This document shows positions 37,213 through 50,900 of a DNA stretch of 64,000 nucleotides, in pieces. The position numbers and the translations under genes were made by a program. Under the pieces are notes generated by a model. That model saw only the letters and a program-made list of their open reading frames with translations. It was not told the origin of the DNA and made no database searches. Position 1 is the stretch's first letter, and each line of letters begins with the position of its first letter. The DNA is from Psilocybe cubensis. Taxonomy: Eukaryota. The DNA lies in the NCBI GenBank assembly GCA_017499595.2, contig CM039005.1, forward strand, positions 3,224,001 to 3,288,000, written 5' to 3'.

Positions 37213-40200
37213 CTGTTTTCGGGTCGTTTTGCAGGGTCCGATTTGGGATCTGCAATCTTCCTCCTCCGCTAAGCGAGATATTGGTGTATTTCTGTACACT
37301 GTATACCCCCTGTCGTCGTGCAGTGTGCTAATGAAATATAATTTCATTGTATTTGCTAAAGATCAGTTCACGATAGACATGAAAAGACGAGTTTCGTGAT
37401 AAACACTTTTGTTATCGATTCTGAAATCCAGGCAGCACAGAAAAGAAAAGTAATCGAAGGTTTACTCTCAGTGCAACTACACTCACAAAAATCAGAAGAG
37501 TAGATGCAAACTGCACCCACAGAATAGGAGACGAGCACAAAACAGCTACACCCATTGCAAAGCAGTCCAGTATTCACGGCAAACTCGCCAAACCGCCTCT
37601 ACGTGAACTCTCGAGCTCTAGCTTCAAAAATTTGCGTCTCAATTTTGGTACAGTCCTCAATTTTACGTTGCTTAATTAAGCTAACAAAATACGAAGCACC
37701 GAATTCCAGACGTTTTAAACTGCATTTCGGACGGAAGATGCAGATGGGGAGTTGTTGCATCGCAATGCAATATATCCTGCCGTTTGTGAAATGTAAATGT
37801 GCATTTGCTACTTGGTGAGTTGCACTCCTCGATCTTTCTATTGTCGGGTCTTGGAGCTGACATATACTACACTACTGTACTCTTCTAGGTGTTGTATTCG
37901 TACGTATTCTGTGTTCTAGTGTTCGTGTCGATTTGCGCATCCATCAGGATATTCCCTTTCAAACCCATCATCATGACCTCTTGCTCCCCAACCCATGCCT
38001 ACTCTTCCTCAAACGCACCACTCAATCTTCACCCCACAGCCAGTAGAATCCATACGTGTGTACATCGCCACGCATCCAATCTTCGTATAGATAATTGCGG
38101 GTGACAGTCACTTTAACAAGCAAAATGACATGGGATTATGCGAGTCGGCCTGCCTATGCACAATTCCTGTGGGGGTGCATGTCAGCGATGTTGAGCATCG
38201 CATGTCCAAGTCCTCAACCCTCTTCTAAACGGTTCTGGAATCTTCTCAGGAAGGGAGGTGATTGAGTAAGTACAAGTTACATTTTTTAAAGGGTCCTGGA
38301 ATGACGTCTAGATAGATGGCTGGATTGGATTGGACAAGGGTGATGGTAGTGACCACAACAGAGAACAGGGTAGAAAGGACGAACATTTGGGAATGGTGGT
38401 GACTAACCGTAGGCCGTTATTTGAGCTTATATTCACGGATGTCAGTTCTAGTCTGGATGCTGGATTGATTTGTCAACAACACATTTTCTGTACCTAATGC
38501 AGCTAATATCAAGCATCTTCCTGACTGCCAATTTATCAGACATTTTCACAAGCTATGTTTGTTGGCCTCGTCTTCACCTTGTGAACAAACACGTACTTCC
38601 CGTCGATTCCGAAGAGCGTAGACGTCGATAAAATCCTCTGCTTCCTGCTCAAGCTGGCGTTCGTGTTCACCCTCACCCTCTTCTTGTGCTCAGCGGGTTA
38701 GGTGGGTTAGCTTGTGTTGCTTACCCATACACTGTCTTCACCTCCGACAGTCTTCACGTCAACGCCCCCTCCTCATCAACCTACAGTTGCTGCAAAACAA
38801 CAAGGACACCGTCAGCGACCTTTTTTTCGTATGACGAATCTCTCAGCATCCCTCATCAGCACCTCACGTCGCATCCATGTACGCTGTCAGTAGCCGTCGC
38901 TCACCTTTTTGGATCAACGTGAGATGGGAATGCAAGTCTTGAGTGTTACATCGCGTCTGGTGTGTCTCTCAGTATGTCCAAGCGTCATCAGCGGCTCACT
39001 CACCGTGCATTCTCCAGCTACACTCGCATCGACGGGCCTGTGTTGTGTGCTGTCAGTACCCATCCTTGAGCAGAAACACCCAGCTCACCTTTTTGGATCA
39101 ACACACCGGCCGTTACATGAGATGGGAATGCAAGTACAGGGGACAACTTGGTTCTAAGAAAAGAAGGCGGTGAGTACAGTTACACACATTGTTTGCATGC
39201 TTGGCCTCACTCACCGTGCATTCTCCAGCTACTCGCATAGACAGGACTGTGGTGTGCGCTGTCAGTAAAGTATGCGCTCCGTCTGTATAGTTGCATTCAA
39301 TGCACGTATTCACAGTCAATACTTATTCAAGTATTTAGTGTCATCTATCTACTATCCATATTCACATTCACGAACCGGCCAACTATGAACTCTACTCACC
39401 GCATCGCAATCTCTCAAGCACATTCCAAAACACCTACGCACACAATTACGCAAACTCGACTCGAGGAATAATTACACTTACCACACGGCAAACTCGTTCA
39501 CGTACATAGGACCCTCTCATTCGTCTTCGTTCAACCGTATCCATCTTTTGAACAACAGTGCAAATATCTGCCGTTATTCTATTTAGAGGCTAGACTAGAA
39601 CACGGGACCGGAACAGAAACTTGGGAAATGCGATTGGAATTGAATGGAGTCAAGTTTTGGGCAAGGAAGAGCAAGTCCGGATGAGATAGGAGTTGTTTGG
39701 ATGGCTCGGAAGGTTGTGCTGGGTAGACAAGTCTAAAAAATAAGTGTCCAATGAATATGAGTATGATACTACTCTCAAAAACCTGTTTCACAGCATTCAA
39801 GTGTTTCTTTTAATATTGTGCTTGATTACAGGCACTTATTCATATGCAAAGTTGACTCGAACATTCAAGGTTGTTTCCTCAAACATTACTCGATTACTGG
39901 GCATCGTACAGGGACTACAAAACACCCGCAAATGATGTATTCCAGGGACAGACGTCAATTTGAGAGTGAGGACTAATTCATCACCATACAATTATAACAA
40001 CACAATGTAACGCCAACACCACAAAGCACATATTAGCCTTGGTTAGGGTTAGGGATTAGGGTTGGTGATGACCACAAAAATACAGATTAGGATGGTTTAG
40101 GGTTTAGGTTTTAGGGTTGGTTGGGATTTGATAATACCATAAAAGCACAGATTAGGCTGGTTAGGGTTGGTTAGGGTTGGTAAATACAAATATATGTAGC

Positions 40201-43200
40201 AGGTTAGGGTTGGTGTGTACTATGTACCAATGTATCCACAATTTTTGACATGTCCGACTTTCCTCAACACCGCAAAACTTAATTTTCACATTCAATCAAG
40301 TACTATAAATACTATTCTATCTATTCAGTGCTTCAAACTTACCACAGAATGTTGCAGACAATGAAAATGTGGGATATACGCAATTTGAAGACCCGGCACA
40401 AATATTTCAAAAGTATCGCCATTTCCTCATCACAACGCACTGCCACCTCTTCAACTACGCATTCCATTATCTTCAAACGCACCTAAACACAATACTTTGC
40501 CGCAATGATGCTGTGAGCCGAAGGAAAATTAGCACCACATACATCTCCTCCTCCCCCAAGTCACGAAATTACGCAATTTCAAACATTTGCTGCATCTAAC
40601 TGACATTTAAACATTGCATAAATGAGACGGGTACCTCCGAAGGCAAGATGTAAAGAAGCTGGATGCAAGTCAATCGAAGTTGAACATGTATAAAAACATT
40701 ACATTCCGTTTAGACGCACCTGGGCACAAAACGAGGAAATCTGGGTCTGCCATGAGGATCATGAATAAAATGAAGTTATACATTGGAGGAGATTATGTGA
40801 GATAAGATAAACGAGTCACTCACACGGCATCCAGATGAAAATTGGGACTGGCATTCGTTAAGCGCCCAAAACGTCTCCAAGACGATACTTTCATATATTT
40901 AACACATAGCATCTCTATTTCCCCAAAATCAGTGACAAAGCAGTGCATTAGGAAGGGCAGAGGGATACATACATGATATACAGAGCTACAAGCCAGCTCC
41001 ATGAACTTTGCAAGGAGGATGATGAGATCAGCGGATGCATGTCATCCGGTCTACTCCTCCAGCGCCAATTCCGCGTTTCTAGTGAAAAAAACACCGTTTC
41101 CTCGCATCTCGGGCAGTAATCACGTCATGCTGTCGTCAATAGACAAATGCCGTGAATATTCATACGAGATTGACGGAGACATGTTGATTGCAAGAATAGA
41201 CTGAACTCAAGGTACGTGAGACACATACCTCTCAGTTCCTCTCGGTTCTCAACCTTAATCGTGGTTATGTACCGTATTGCATGAATAGGACGCAATATAC
41301 CAAAGTCTCCTTGTGAGCGATGGGTATAGAGTAGAGAGTGTCTTTTGCTAAGCCACACAAAGCGTTCATTGTTACTGAATTATACACTGATATTAAAGTT
41401 TTAAATGGGCTTTTGTTAGGTCAAGCGTCATCCATAGAAATGAGATATGCACTGGCTGACTCTTGAGCCACTGAGCTCACCGTTGCGCGCTTCGATGCTC
41501 TTTATTTCTTTGAACAATCAAAGGTACTTCCTGAAAAACTGATTAAAACAACTATTTTTGACTGTTTCACAGTGTTTATAATATATTCAAGCACTTCAGG
41601 AGTACGGTTGCAAAACGACAGGGAGAGTGGGCTCTAGGTGAGTCTTTCAAGTTCCACTTTTGACCGCTCCCGCCCAGGAATCGTCTTCTAAGCATCCATT
41701 CGGAGTGGGGAACTGATATTACTCGCTATTCTTTCTCTCCTAGATGAAGGACTCCTTTTGAGCTGTCGTGCGCTGGTTGCAACTCACTGACGTTCTCGTC
41801 CTGGCCTTCGAAGATGATATGGGTGTTCTGTATGTCAACATTGTTCTGACAGTCTGAAATTGCGCTGGAAATTCGAGTTGAACTGCGAAGCAATGAGCGG
41901 GTGTCAGCACAAATGCATTATCAAGGGGATGTAACTCACCGTCGCAGCCCACCACAGTTGAACACCTCGTCAGAACCATTGTCAACGGGACAATCAACAT
42001 CACGGCTCACCGTTCGGTCAACATTCTGGGTGCCGCGCGGGTGCCGTGTTTGTCTTTGGGAGGAAAACTGTGCAACGGAAAAGGCGGAGTCAGTACGAGT
42101 GCGTCCATGAAGGGTTACAGCTCACCGTGGAGGTCACTCTGCGTTGTCATGACCTGCGGGGCACGTCGTCACTGCCGTTGTTGACAAGAAAGGCAGAAAC
42201 TCAACTTACCAGATGCCATTGACTCCACCAACGACGAGGGATCACCGACTGCCGACAAGGTGGGGGTGGACATGACTCGAGCATGTCGTTGACGTGCTGG
42301 TGTTACGTGGCTGCGATTGGAAGGCGTCAGCAACATCCCGCCGTCAAGAAAGCACCGCTCACCATATCAAGACTGGACACCGAGTCCTTGTCATTGTCAT
42401 CAGTGCTGCCATTGACAGAGTACTGCGGCTTACCATTGGTTTCAACATTCTGGGCGTCGTCTGCCTGTCGTGCACGTCTTGCGAGGTGGAAATGCGCATC
42501 GTCAACGCTGCTCTCGATAGATACCGTCGGGCCCACAACACGGACATGCCATTCAATGCGCACAGTACTCACCGCGCCGTTGTGTTGGGATGCCAGAGCG
42601 TTAGGGTCGTTCTGTCCAGGTGCGTCGTCCGCATTCTAGAAAGCACTACACGGTAAAGAGGGGTCAGTCCCGGCGTTTCAGAAGGGATACACCTCACCGT
42701 CGTGTCGCGCTCCATTCTGCATCCTCAAGTCTGTCAAACACACCGTCAGCGCCGTTGTTGACAGCAGACACAACAGCCCGCTTACCATTCCCAAGCAGCC
42801 GCCATGCGAATCCACAAACAATGGGGGGAAGAATTGGAAAGAGGCCAAGGCTGAGGAGGCAGAGAAGAGGAGGGGATGAGGCTTGAGGGGAATGAAGAAA
42901 TCCAGCAAGGTGCGTGGTCTTTATATACCCGTGTCGGTTCTAGCACTAGTGTTACTAGTACGCCTTGTTGCATGTCGTATGTACTGAAAATACAGATTTT
43001 TTTTTTCGTTTCTGTGTTCGCTTAGTGTGGTTTTGGGTTACGCGAGTGCAGATTGGGTCTTGAGATTGGGAACTGAATGGTTCCCCAAGGTGTAACGTTG
43101 GAATAACAAGAATGCGAGGGCAGGGTGGTGTGCGTAGTGCACATATTGTTTGGATAAATCATGTGTATTGCGAATCCGGGTGTTCATTCTGTTCATGTGA

Positions 43201-45525
43201 TACGTTCGATAGGAAACTCGTTCATGTTGCATCCATTTGAGTCGTGCAATCAAAGTGAGTATCGATGTAATCCATCTCCCAGTGCTCAAGTGGTGATATA
43301 GCTCAAACTCTTCAGAATCGCACCATGCACAAAAAACAAGAGTCGATAAAATCACCACTGAATCTCTCGCAACCATCTTCAAAATCAAGAAACATTCAAT
43401 GACTCGGGAACAGGTACGTACACATAGCCCTCGAACCATATGTACTTGACGGTGAACTTGCGTTCTGGCACTCCCGGTGTGCGGACATTTGCTTTGGAGT
43501 CGATACGGGAAATCCATCTTCTGCACAGCGACAAATTGAACGCCGCGATTCCTTCTAGCAAATCTGACGTTAACCGTAGCCGAGAGTGTTTGGGATAGTG
43601 TAGATACGGATCCGAATTGAAGGGAAACGATTGGAATGGGGGTGAATGTTGATTCGGGAGAGGAGGCGGATGTCCGGTTGGGTTGGATCTGGTTGGGGAA
43701 TTTGAGATGTTCTGTTGGCTGGGTGGTTGGGGTGGGTGAGGTAGGCCTATGTAGACTCCTGTCAGATATGGGTATAGGTATGTGAGTGCTATTTATACTG
43801 TTATTTGCATCGTGTGCAAAAATGCGCATTCTCGGCGCTTAACTGATGGTGATTCGAAAAGCAAAGTTGCACATTGCACATCGGGCACAGTATTTTTCAG
43901 AGACCTCTGTACAGTTAAGTTAATACTAATACATCTAATTAGGGGTTAAACTACATTGACAACGATGTATTCTAGGTAAAAACGTCATTTGAGAGATGAG
44001 GGCATTGAAATCATGACTTTGCCCGACAATACGAACTTAGACAAAGATTTCCGGCCAATAACCCTTTATTCAGGCATTAATAGCAGTCCTACAGCACACC
44101 AAGCATACTCCAATGCTCCAAGTGCCGGAAAAGACGCAGAATCGACGTAGAACGACGCGCCACGTCTACTGCATCCCATACATCCTCGAGAGCCGATGTT
44201 GTTGCTCTCATTTCGCGGACCTTCTAGGTTGTGTAACAGCAGTTTAGCCGAGCCAAATAGGTCCCTGTTAGCTTCCGAAAAGACCAGCAACGAGAAAATA
44301 CATTGGAATTAGCATGGAATTGCGACATGGGAGAGTGGGAGGATGTGGACATGTACGTGAGTTCAAATTTTTAATGAAATTTTTGTGATCCCTCACTTGG
44401 AACGGATGAAGCGAGTAGTACAGGGTGTAATTTATAGTCCCATAATGGATATGCAGCTGTGTAATGGTTTTGGAAGTGAGGTATATACACATTTCTGTCT
44501 GATTTTGTTGAGAATGTATTCGGGCGCTTAATACTTTTTGACATCTGCAACTTTGCTCAGTCGTGCAGCGCTCGATTCAAACATTGTACAAGGTACTGTA
44601 CACTACAGTATACATCTCCAATACTCAAAATCTGCAATAAATATGTCCAGACAACGAAAATGGGTGTTTTACGTGCATTCACACCTCAGCGGGAACATGT
44701 CAAAGTTTCAGTCATTTCCGCTCCACCACGGACCGTCAACTCTTCAACAACGTATCCGAACATTTATAGAAGTATGCTAAACCCTATAAAATAGCATAAA
44801 TGATGCAAACGGCCTCGGTACGTCTGCCACGTCGTTTCTAGGAGCTTGCAAGGTATGTGACCGAGTACGTCTTCCAGAGACGTTCTGGGCTCTTGAGAAC
44901 CGAATTGAAACGTTATTCGTTAAACGAGCAGTATTGTAACAGTCTATATTAAGGTCTGTAAGGAATGAAAACGATTGAAAGCACGTAAACTGATGAATCG
45001 GGGGAGAAGGAAGATGTCAACGTTGTGAACATCTTAGAGTTTGTTTCTTGTTGTATTCACTTGCGCTCGGTGTGGTGTAATTTATATGTCCTGGTACAGG
45101 TTACTAGCTACACGTATGTGGTATGTACTGTGTCAAACTGTAAACTGTGTGGAAATGGAGGTTTGTGGGGCATAATTCATGTTTACATTCAATTTCACTT
45201 CAAATTCAACTTGTTTATGTAACAACGAATGCATTGACTAATCCTATCCATATTTACTGGTCTATAGATCTTTTAAAGCTATGGTAAACGCCCAAACTCT
45301 CCGGAACTTCATGCCACGTCATTGGTTTTCCTCCAATCGTCTCGCAGTTTCACCTCAAAATCAAAGTTATTATGGCGCGGAATAGCCTAAACACTAGCCG
45401 CATTGGAGCTAAACATGCCAGTGGGTCAATCTAAGCTCAAATTTTTCACATAGAAGCCGACCAAGGGGGCGGGAGCTTGTATACAGTATGTTTCACCATA
45501 CAATTATAACAACACAATGTAGCAC

Positions 45526-47140
45526 CTAGGCTTATTCCCCCCCGAAGGGGGGGCCTTCGTTGCATTGGGCCTCCTGTTCAGAATTCCTGAAATCTGATGC
45601 CAGATTCGGATTCCTGGACCCCAAAAACCCCCAAATACACTTTCAAAATATTTTATTTTGTACATACGGAGGTGCTACGTAATTAAATGTGTAATTTATG
45701 GAGGCCGGCCTCCAAATTGATGGAGGCCACTGGAGGCCGGCCTCCGTCTAAAAATAACTTTTGACAGGCACTGGAGGCCGGCCTCCGTCTAAAAATAAAT
45801 TTTTGACAGGCACTGGAGGCCGGCCTCCCGCCTGTCTCCCGATGCCAGCGCTCGCCGTCCCAAAGCTTGCGCTCGCCGTCCCAACGCCAGCGCTCGCCGT
45901 CCCAAAGCTTGCGCTCGCCGTCCCAACGCCAGCGCTCGCCGTCCCAACGCTTGCGCTCGCCGTCTGCCCGACGCCTGCGCTTGCCGCTGCATGTTGTTGC
46001 GCTGCCACCTCCGGGCCGCTGCTGCTGCCGCCACCTCCACTCGACGCCTGTCGTTCAGCCGTCACCGCGTGTCATCCCGCCGTCGCCGCCTGTCGTCACG
46101 ACGTCACCGCGCGTCATCCCGCCGTCGCGTCTAGTCGCCGCCCACCACAACACGCACTCTGCTGCGTGTTGTTGCGCCGCCACACCCGTGCCGCTGCTGC
46201 TGCTGCCGCCTCTCCTCGTCCCCTGTCATGCCGCTGCCGCCTTCCCTCGCCGCCTGTCATTCCGCCGTCAGCGCGTGTCGTCCCGCCGTCGCCGCCTGTC
46301 GTCCCGCCTTCGCGTCCACTCGCCGCCCACCACAACACGCACTCTGCTGCGTGTTGTTGCGCCGTCACACCGGACCGCCGCTGCCACTGCCGCCTTCCCT
46401 CGCCGCCTGTCATTCCGCCGTCAGCGCGTGACGTCCCGCCGTCGCCGTCTGTCGTTCAGCCGTCACCGCGTGTCATCCCGTCGTCGCCGCCTGTCGTCAC
46501 GACGTCACCGCGCGTCGTCCCGCCGTCGCGTCTAGTCGCCGCCCACCACAACACGCACTCTGCTGCGTGTTGTTGCGCCGTCACACCGGACCGCCGCTGC
46601 CGCTGCCGCCTGCCTCGCCGCCTGTCATTCCGCTGTCAACGCCTGTCGTCCCGCCGTCGCCGCCTGTCGTCACGACGTCACCGCGCGTCGTCCCGCCGTC
46701 GCGTCTAGTCGCCGCCCACCACGACACGCACTCTGCTGCGTGTTGTTGCGCCGCCACACCGGGCCGCCGCTGCCGCTGCCGCCTGCCTCGCCGCCTGTCA
46801 TTCCGCTGTCAACGCCTGTCGTCCCGCCGTCGCCGCCTGTCGTCCCGCCGTCGCCGCCTGTCGTCCCGCCGTCGCCGCCTATCGTCCCGCCGTCGCCGCC
46901 TGTCGTCACAACGTCACCGCGCGTCGTCCCGCCGTCGCGTCCACTCGCCGCCCACCACGACACGCACTCTGCTGCGTGTTGTTGCGCCGCCACACCGGGC
47001 CGCCGCTGCCACTGCCGCCTCCCCTCCCCGCCTGTCATTCCGCCGTCGCCGCCTGTCGTCCCGCCGTCGCCGCCTGTCGCTGCCGCCGCGCTGCCTCTAC
47101 TCGCCTCCTGTCGCTGCCATTTCGCTGTTTTGTCTTTGAT
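45526..47140. repeat. Terminal module B (unit 2), two 21-mers shorter
   Basis: The offset to unit 1 changes from 17572 to 17530 across it. Confidence 0.75.
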
Positions 47141-47723
47141 ACACCTCGGCCTTGCTGTACTGTAATTTTGTTAGATTTTTTATAACTAGTCATCTTACCC
47201 TGATATCAACTTGTATATATCTCACGCGAGCTCTCTTGTGTAGACACCAAAAAATAAATTTATATGACATTTTGAACAAAAAAACACGCATATATCTACA
47301 TATTTTTGTTAGAATGGGCTATTCTTAAATGAAAAAACACTTACATTGACAATGTAACTACAGGCCTGGGCGAACACGATAAGTTGGCACCACCGGTACG
47401 TGCCCGTTGACAAAGGCCTGAGCTCGTTGAGACGCTGCCGCCAGAAGCTTCCTACTGGGAGGAGTGCCGCGCAATATTGATTTCCATTGCACTCTTGTTA
47501 ATGGCTGGGCCTGCCGAGTGCGGATGTCTTCTACGCGTTCACGGTACCATGCCTCGTTGGCAGGCGTCCATTCCACCCATTGTGATCCGTTCATGCTGGA
47601 GGGCACCTGCCACAGGTTCGGGGGAGGGAACCACGATTTTACAGTTATTTGACCTTTAGTAGCTGAGAAAAATGTTGTTAGTGCATAAAATTGAGAATAA
47701 ACAAGGAAAACATACCTGTGTAC

Positions 47724-47896
47724 TGTTAGGAGGAGACCCGGAGACGAGGCGGGAGAGAGAGACGAAGGACCAGAACGTGTTGGGTGTGCTAACAAAGAAG
47801 GAACTGAGGCTACGTAGCTACGGGTGTGTCTACAAATACTGTGTGATATGTGACTACAGGCACGTGTGTGTGTCTACGTTAGAGGGAACTCTAACA
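47724..47896 (-). repeat. 3' LTR (173 bp)
   Basis: Identical by eye to 53977-54149. Confidence 0.95.
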
Positions 47897-47907
47897 TCAC
47901 CCCCCTC

Positions 47908-50900
47908 TTAAAGGTGGGCGTCCGGGATGTTGTGGAGGCGTATGTAATTGTTTAGTACTTCAGAGTTAGGGAAGGATGAGTGGCTTGACCACGAAGCGTC
48001 TTCCTCTGTGCAGCCATCGAGCAGCACGAGGAACTGTGTTCCACTGCGCAGGGCCCTGTGGCCGAGCACACTTGCAATGTCTGGGGGTGGTAACGCGGGG
48101 GGAGGTGTTGGTGTCGCGGGTGAAGTTTGGGAATCGAATTCTGCTGGTATGAAACGGGAGAGTTTAGAGACATGGAAAGTAGGGTGGATCGACCACGAGG
48201 CCGGTAGGTCGAGGGTGTAAGACTGGATGCCAACGCGTTTCGTCACAGGAAAAGGTCCGTGACGCTTAACATCGAGCTTTTTAGACGGACGTGAGGACTT
48301 GATGTCGGAGGCGCTGAGCATCACCATGTCGCCAACATTGAAGACGGGTGGAGCGCGGTGAGAGGTGTCATAGGATCGCTTCATTGCATCAGCGGCGAGG
48401 TTTAGCGCTGAAGCGGATTCCTTCGCGAGGGAATCCATTTGAGAGGCGAATTCAAGAGCTTTGGGGACACGGTCGTCCGAGAGGCGTGCGGGTTGCAGGG
48501 TTCGGCGGGGGTTGGAGCCATAGTTTAGGAAGAAGGGCGAGAAGCCAGTGGACGAGTGAATCTTATTGTTGATAGCAAATTCGGCGCATGCAAGCCATTC
48601 CACCCAATCATTTTGCCTGTTATTCACAAAGATCCGTAGGTATTGTTCGATTTCTTGATTGACGCGCTCAGTTTGTCCGTCTGTTTGAGGTCGAAATGCG
48701 GTGGACGCGTTCTGTGAAATGCCTAGCAGGTCGTTGAGGGCCCGAGTAAAGTTTGACAGGAAGATTGAACCACGGTCGGAGATGATGCGTCGTGGCAGTC
48801 CGAAGTCTTTCCAGACATGGTCGCGGAAGAGGCGCGCGAGACCCTCAGAAGTGATTGACTTTTTGCATGGGATGATACGAACCATTTTTGAGAGTCTATC
48901 GACGACGACAAAGATCGAATCGAAGCCGCGAGATTTAGGTAAGTCCACGATGAGATCACAGGAAATGATCTCCCAATTGGAGGAAGGGATTTCGTTGGGG
49001 GTCAGTAGGCCCGCGGGCGCCATCCTCAGAGGCTTAGTTGATTGACAGGTGGGGCATCCATCAACGTAACGCTTCGCGTCTTTTGATAGTGACGGCCACC
49101 AATAGTCGCGCAGGACGAGTTCCATGGTCTTCATCCGGCCAGGGTGGCCTACGGATTGGTGATCATGACAGTCGGCGAGTATTCGTTGACGCAAGTTGCC
49201 TTTGTTTGGCACAAAGATTCGGTTATGCCATGAAAGCAAGCCGTCGTGGAGGGACCAGCCAGGCAGGTTCTTGTGCTTTTCCCACATTTCAGTGATTTGG
49301 TGCTGGTGAGTTCGAATGTCAGCCAGGACGGGGTCATCCCCAATTGAGCATTCAGCAGTACGTCGAATGTGTTCTGGGCGCAGTAAGGTGACGTTTTCGT
49401 TGTCGCCAACACCTTTATCGTAGTCGGGGCGGCGGGACAACGAGTCTGCGCAGATCATGGTCGGGCCTGGCTTGTGGACGAGTACGAAATCGAATTCAGC
49501 GAGCTGCAGGGACCAGCGAGCCTGACGACGGTTCAATTTCTGAGCGGTCATGAAATACTGAAGGTTCTTGTGATCGGTGTGGATCTCAACAGGAGAATCG
49601 GAGCCGTGGAGGTAGCGTCGCCAGTCATCGAGAGACCTCATGATTGACAGTAGTTCGCGGTCATGTATCTCGTAGTTGCGCTCAACGGGACTGAGGGCTT
49701 TTGAAGCAAACGCGACCGGTTGCCAGGAATTGTCAACAAATTGGCTGAGCACCGCGCCGGTTGCGTATCCAGAGCTGTCTGCCTCTATGCGGAATGGGGC
49801 ACCGTCGCGGGGAAGAAGTAGCACCGGGTGTGAAGCGCAGGCGGATTTGAGCTCGTTGAAGGCGGATGTTGACAAATTGTCCCATACCCAAGGCGCCGAA
49901 CCACCCAGGGCATGCAGGGGAGCGGCAATGCGGGAGAAGTTCTTGATAAACCTACGGTAGAAGTTGACGAAACCGAGGAACTGTTGGACGTCCTTACGAC
50001 AGCGCGGGATTGGCCAAGAGGTGATAGCGTCAACTTTCTTGGGATCCATGGACATTTTCCCGTGGCCGACAATGACGCCCAAGTATTCCACACGGTCCTG
50101 CTCAAAACAGCACTTTTCTGGCCGCAGATAAAGCTTGTTGTCCTCCAGAATCTGCAAGACATTGCGGACAAGATGTCGATGGGACTGGACATCATCAGTG
50201 AAGATGAGGATGTCATCCATATATATCACGACATGGCCGCCAGCAATGAGATCCTTGAACAGATCGTTCATCATATTCTGGAAGGTAGCTGGTGAGTTTG
50301 TCAATCCAAAGAACATTACAAGAGGCTCAAAAAGTCCAAACTCCGTGATAAAGGCAGCCTTGTGCTCATCGCCTTCCCTGATACGAATGTTATTGAAACC
50401 CCAGCGGACGTCAAGTTTGGTGAATACTTTCGCGCCTTTAAGCTTGTCCATGAGGTCAGAGATGAGCGGCAATGGATAGCGGTTCTTGATCGTGATATCG
50501 TTCAGGCGTCGGTAGTCTTGCACAGGGCGCAGTGAGCCATCCTTTTTCTGGATGAAGAAGAAAGGGGCGGCATAGGGAGAGATGGAGTCCCGTATACGGC
50601 CAGTGCGTTTTTCCTCTTCTATCCATTCCTTGACCTTCGAGGTTTCAGCGGGCGACAGACGGTACGGCTTTGCTTTGAACGACTTTGCATCTGGTTTCAG
50701 GTTAATAGCATGATCCCATGGGCGACGGGGTGGGAGCTCGTCAAACTCCTCTTTGGAGAAAACAGGTGCAAATTCCTTCAGGTAGCGGTCGGGATATGAA
50801 GCTGCTTCACGTTGAGTTCGCAAAAAGTGAGAAATGCGGTGGTCGCATGAGCCATGGACTTGTTCGGACGTGAACTCATTGAGGTCAACCGCGCACATCG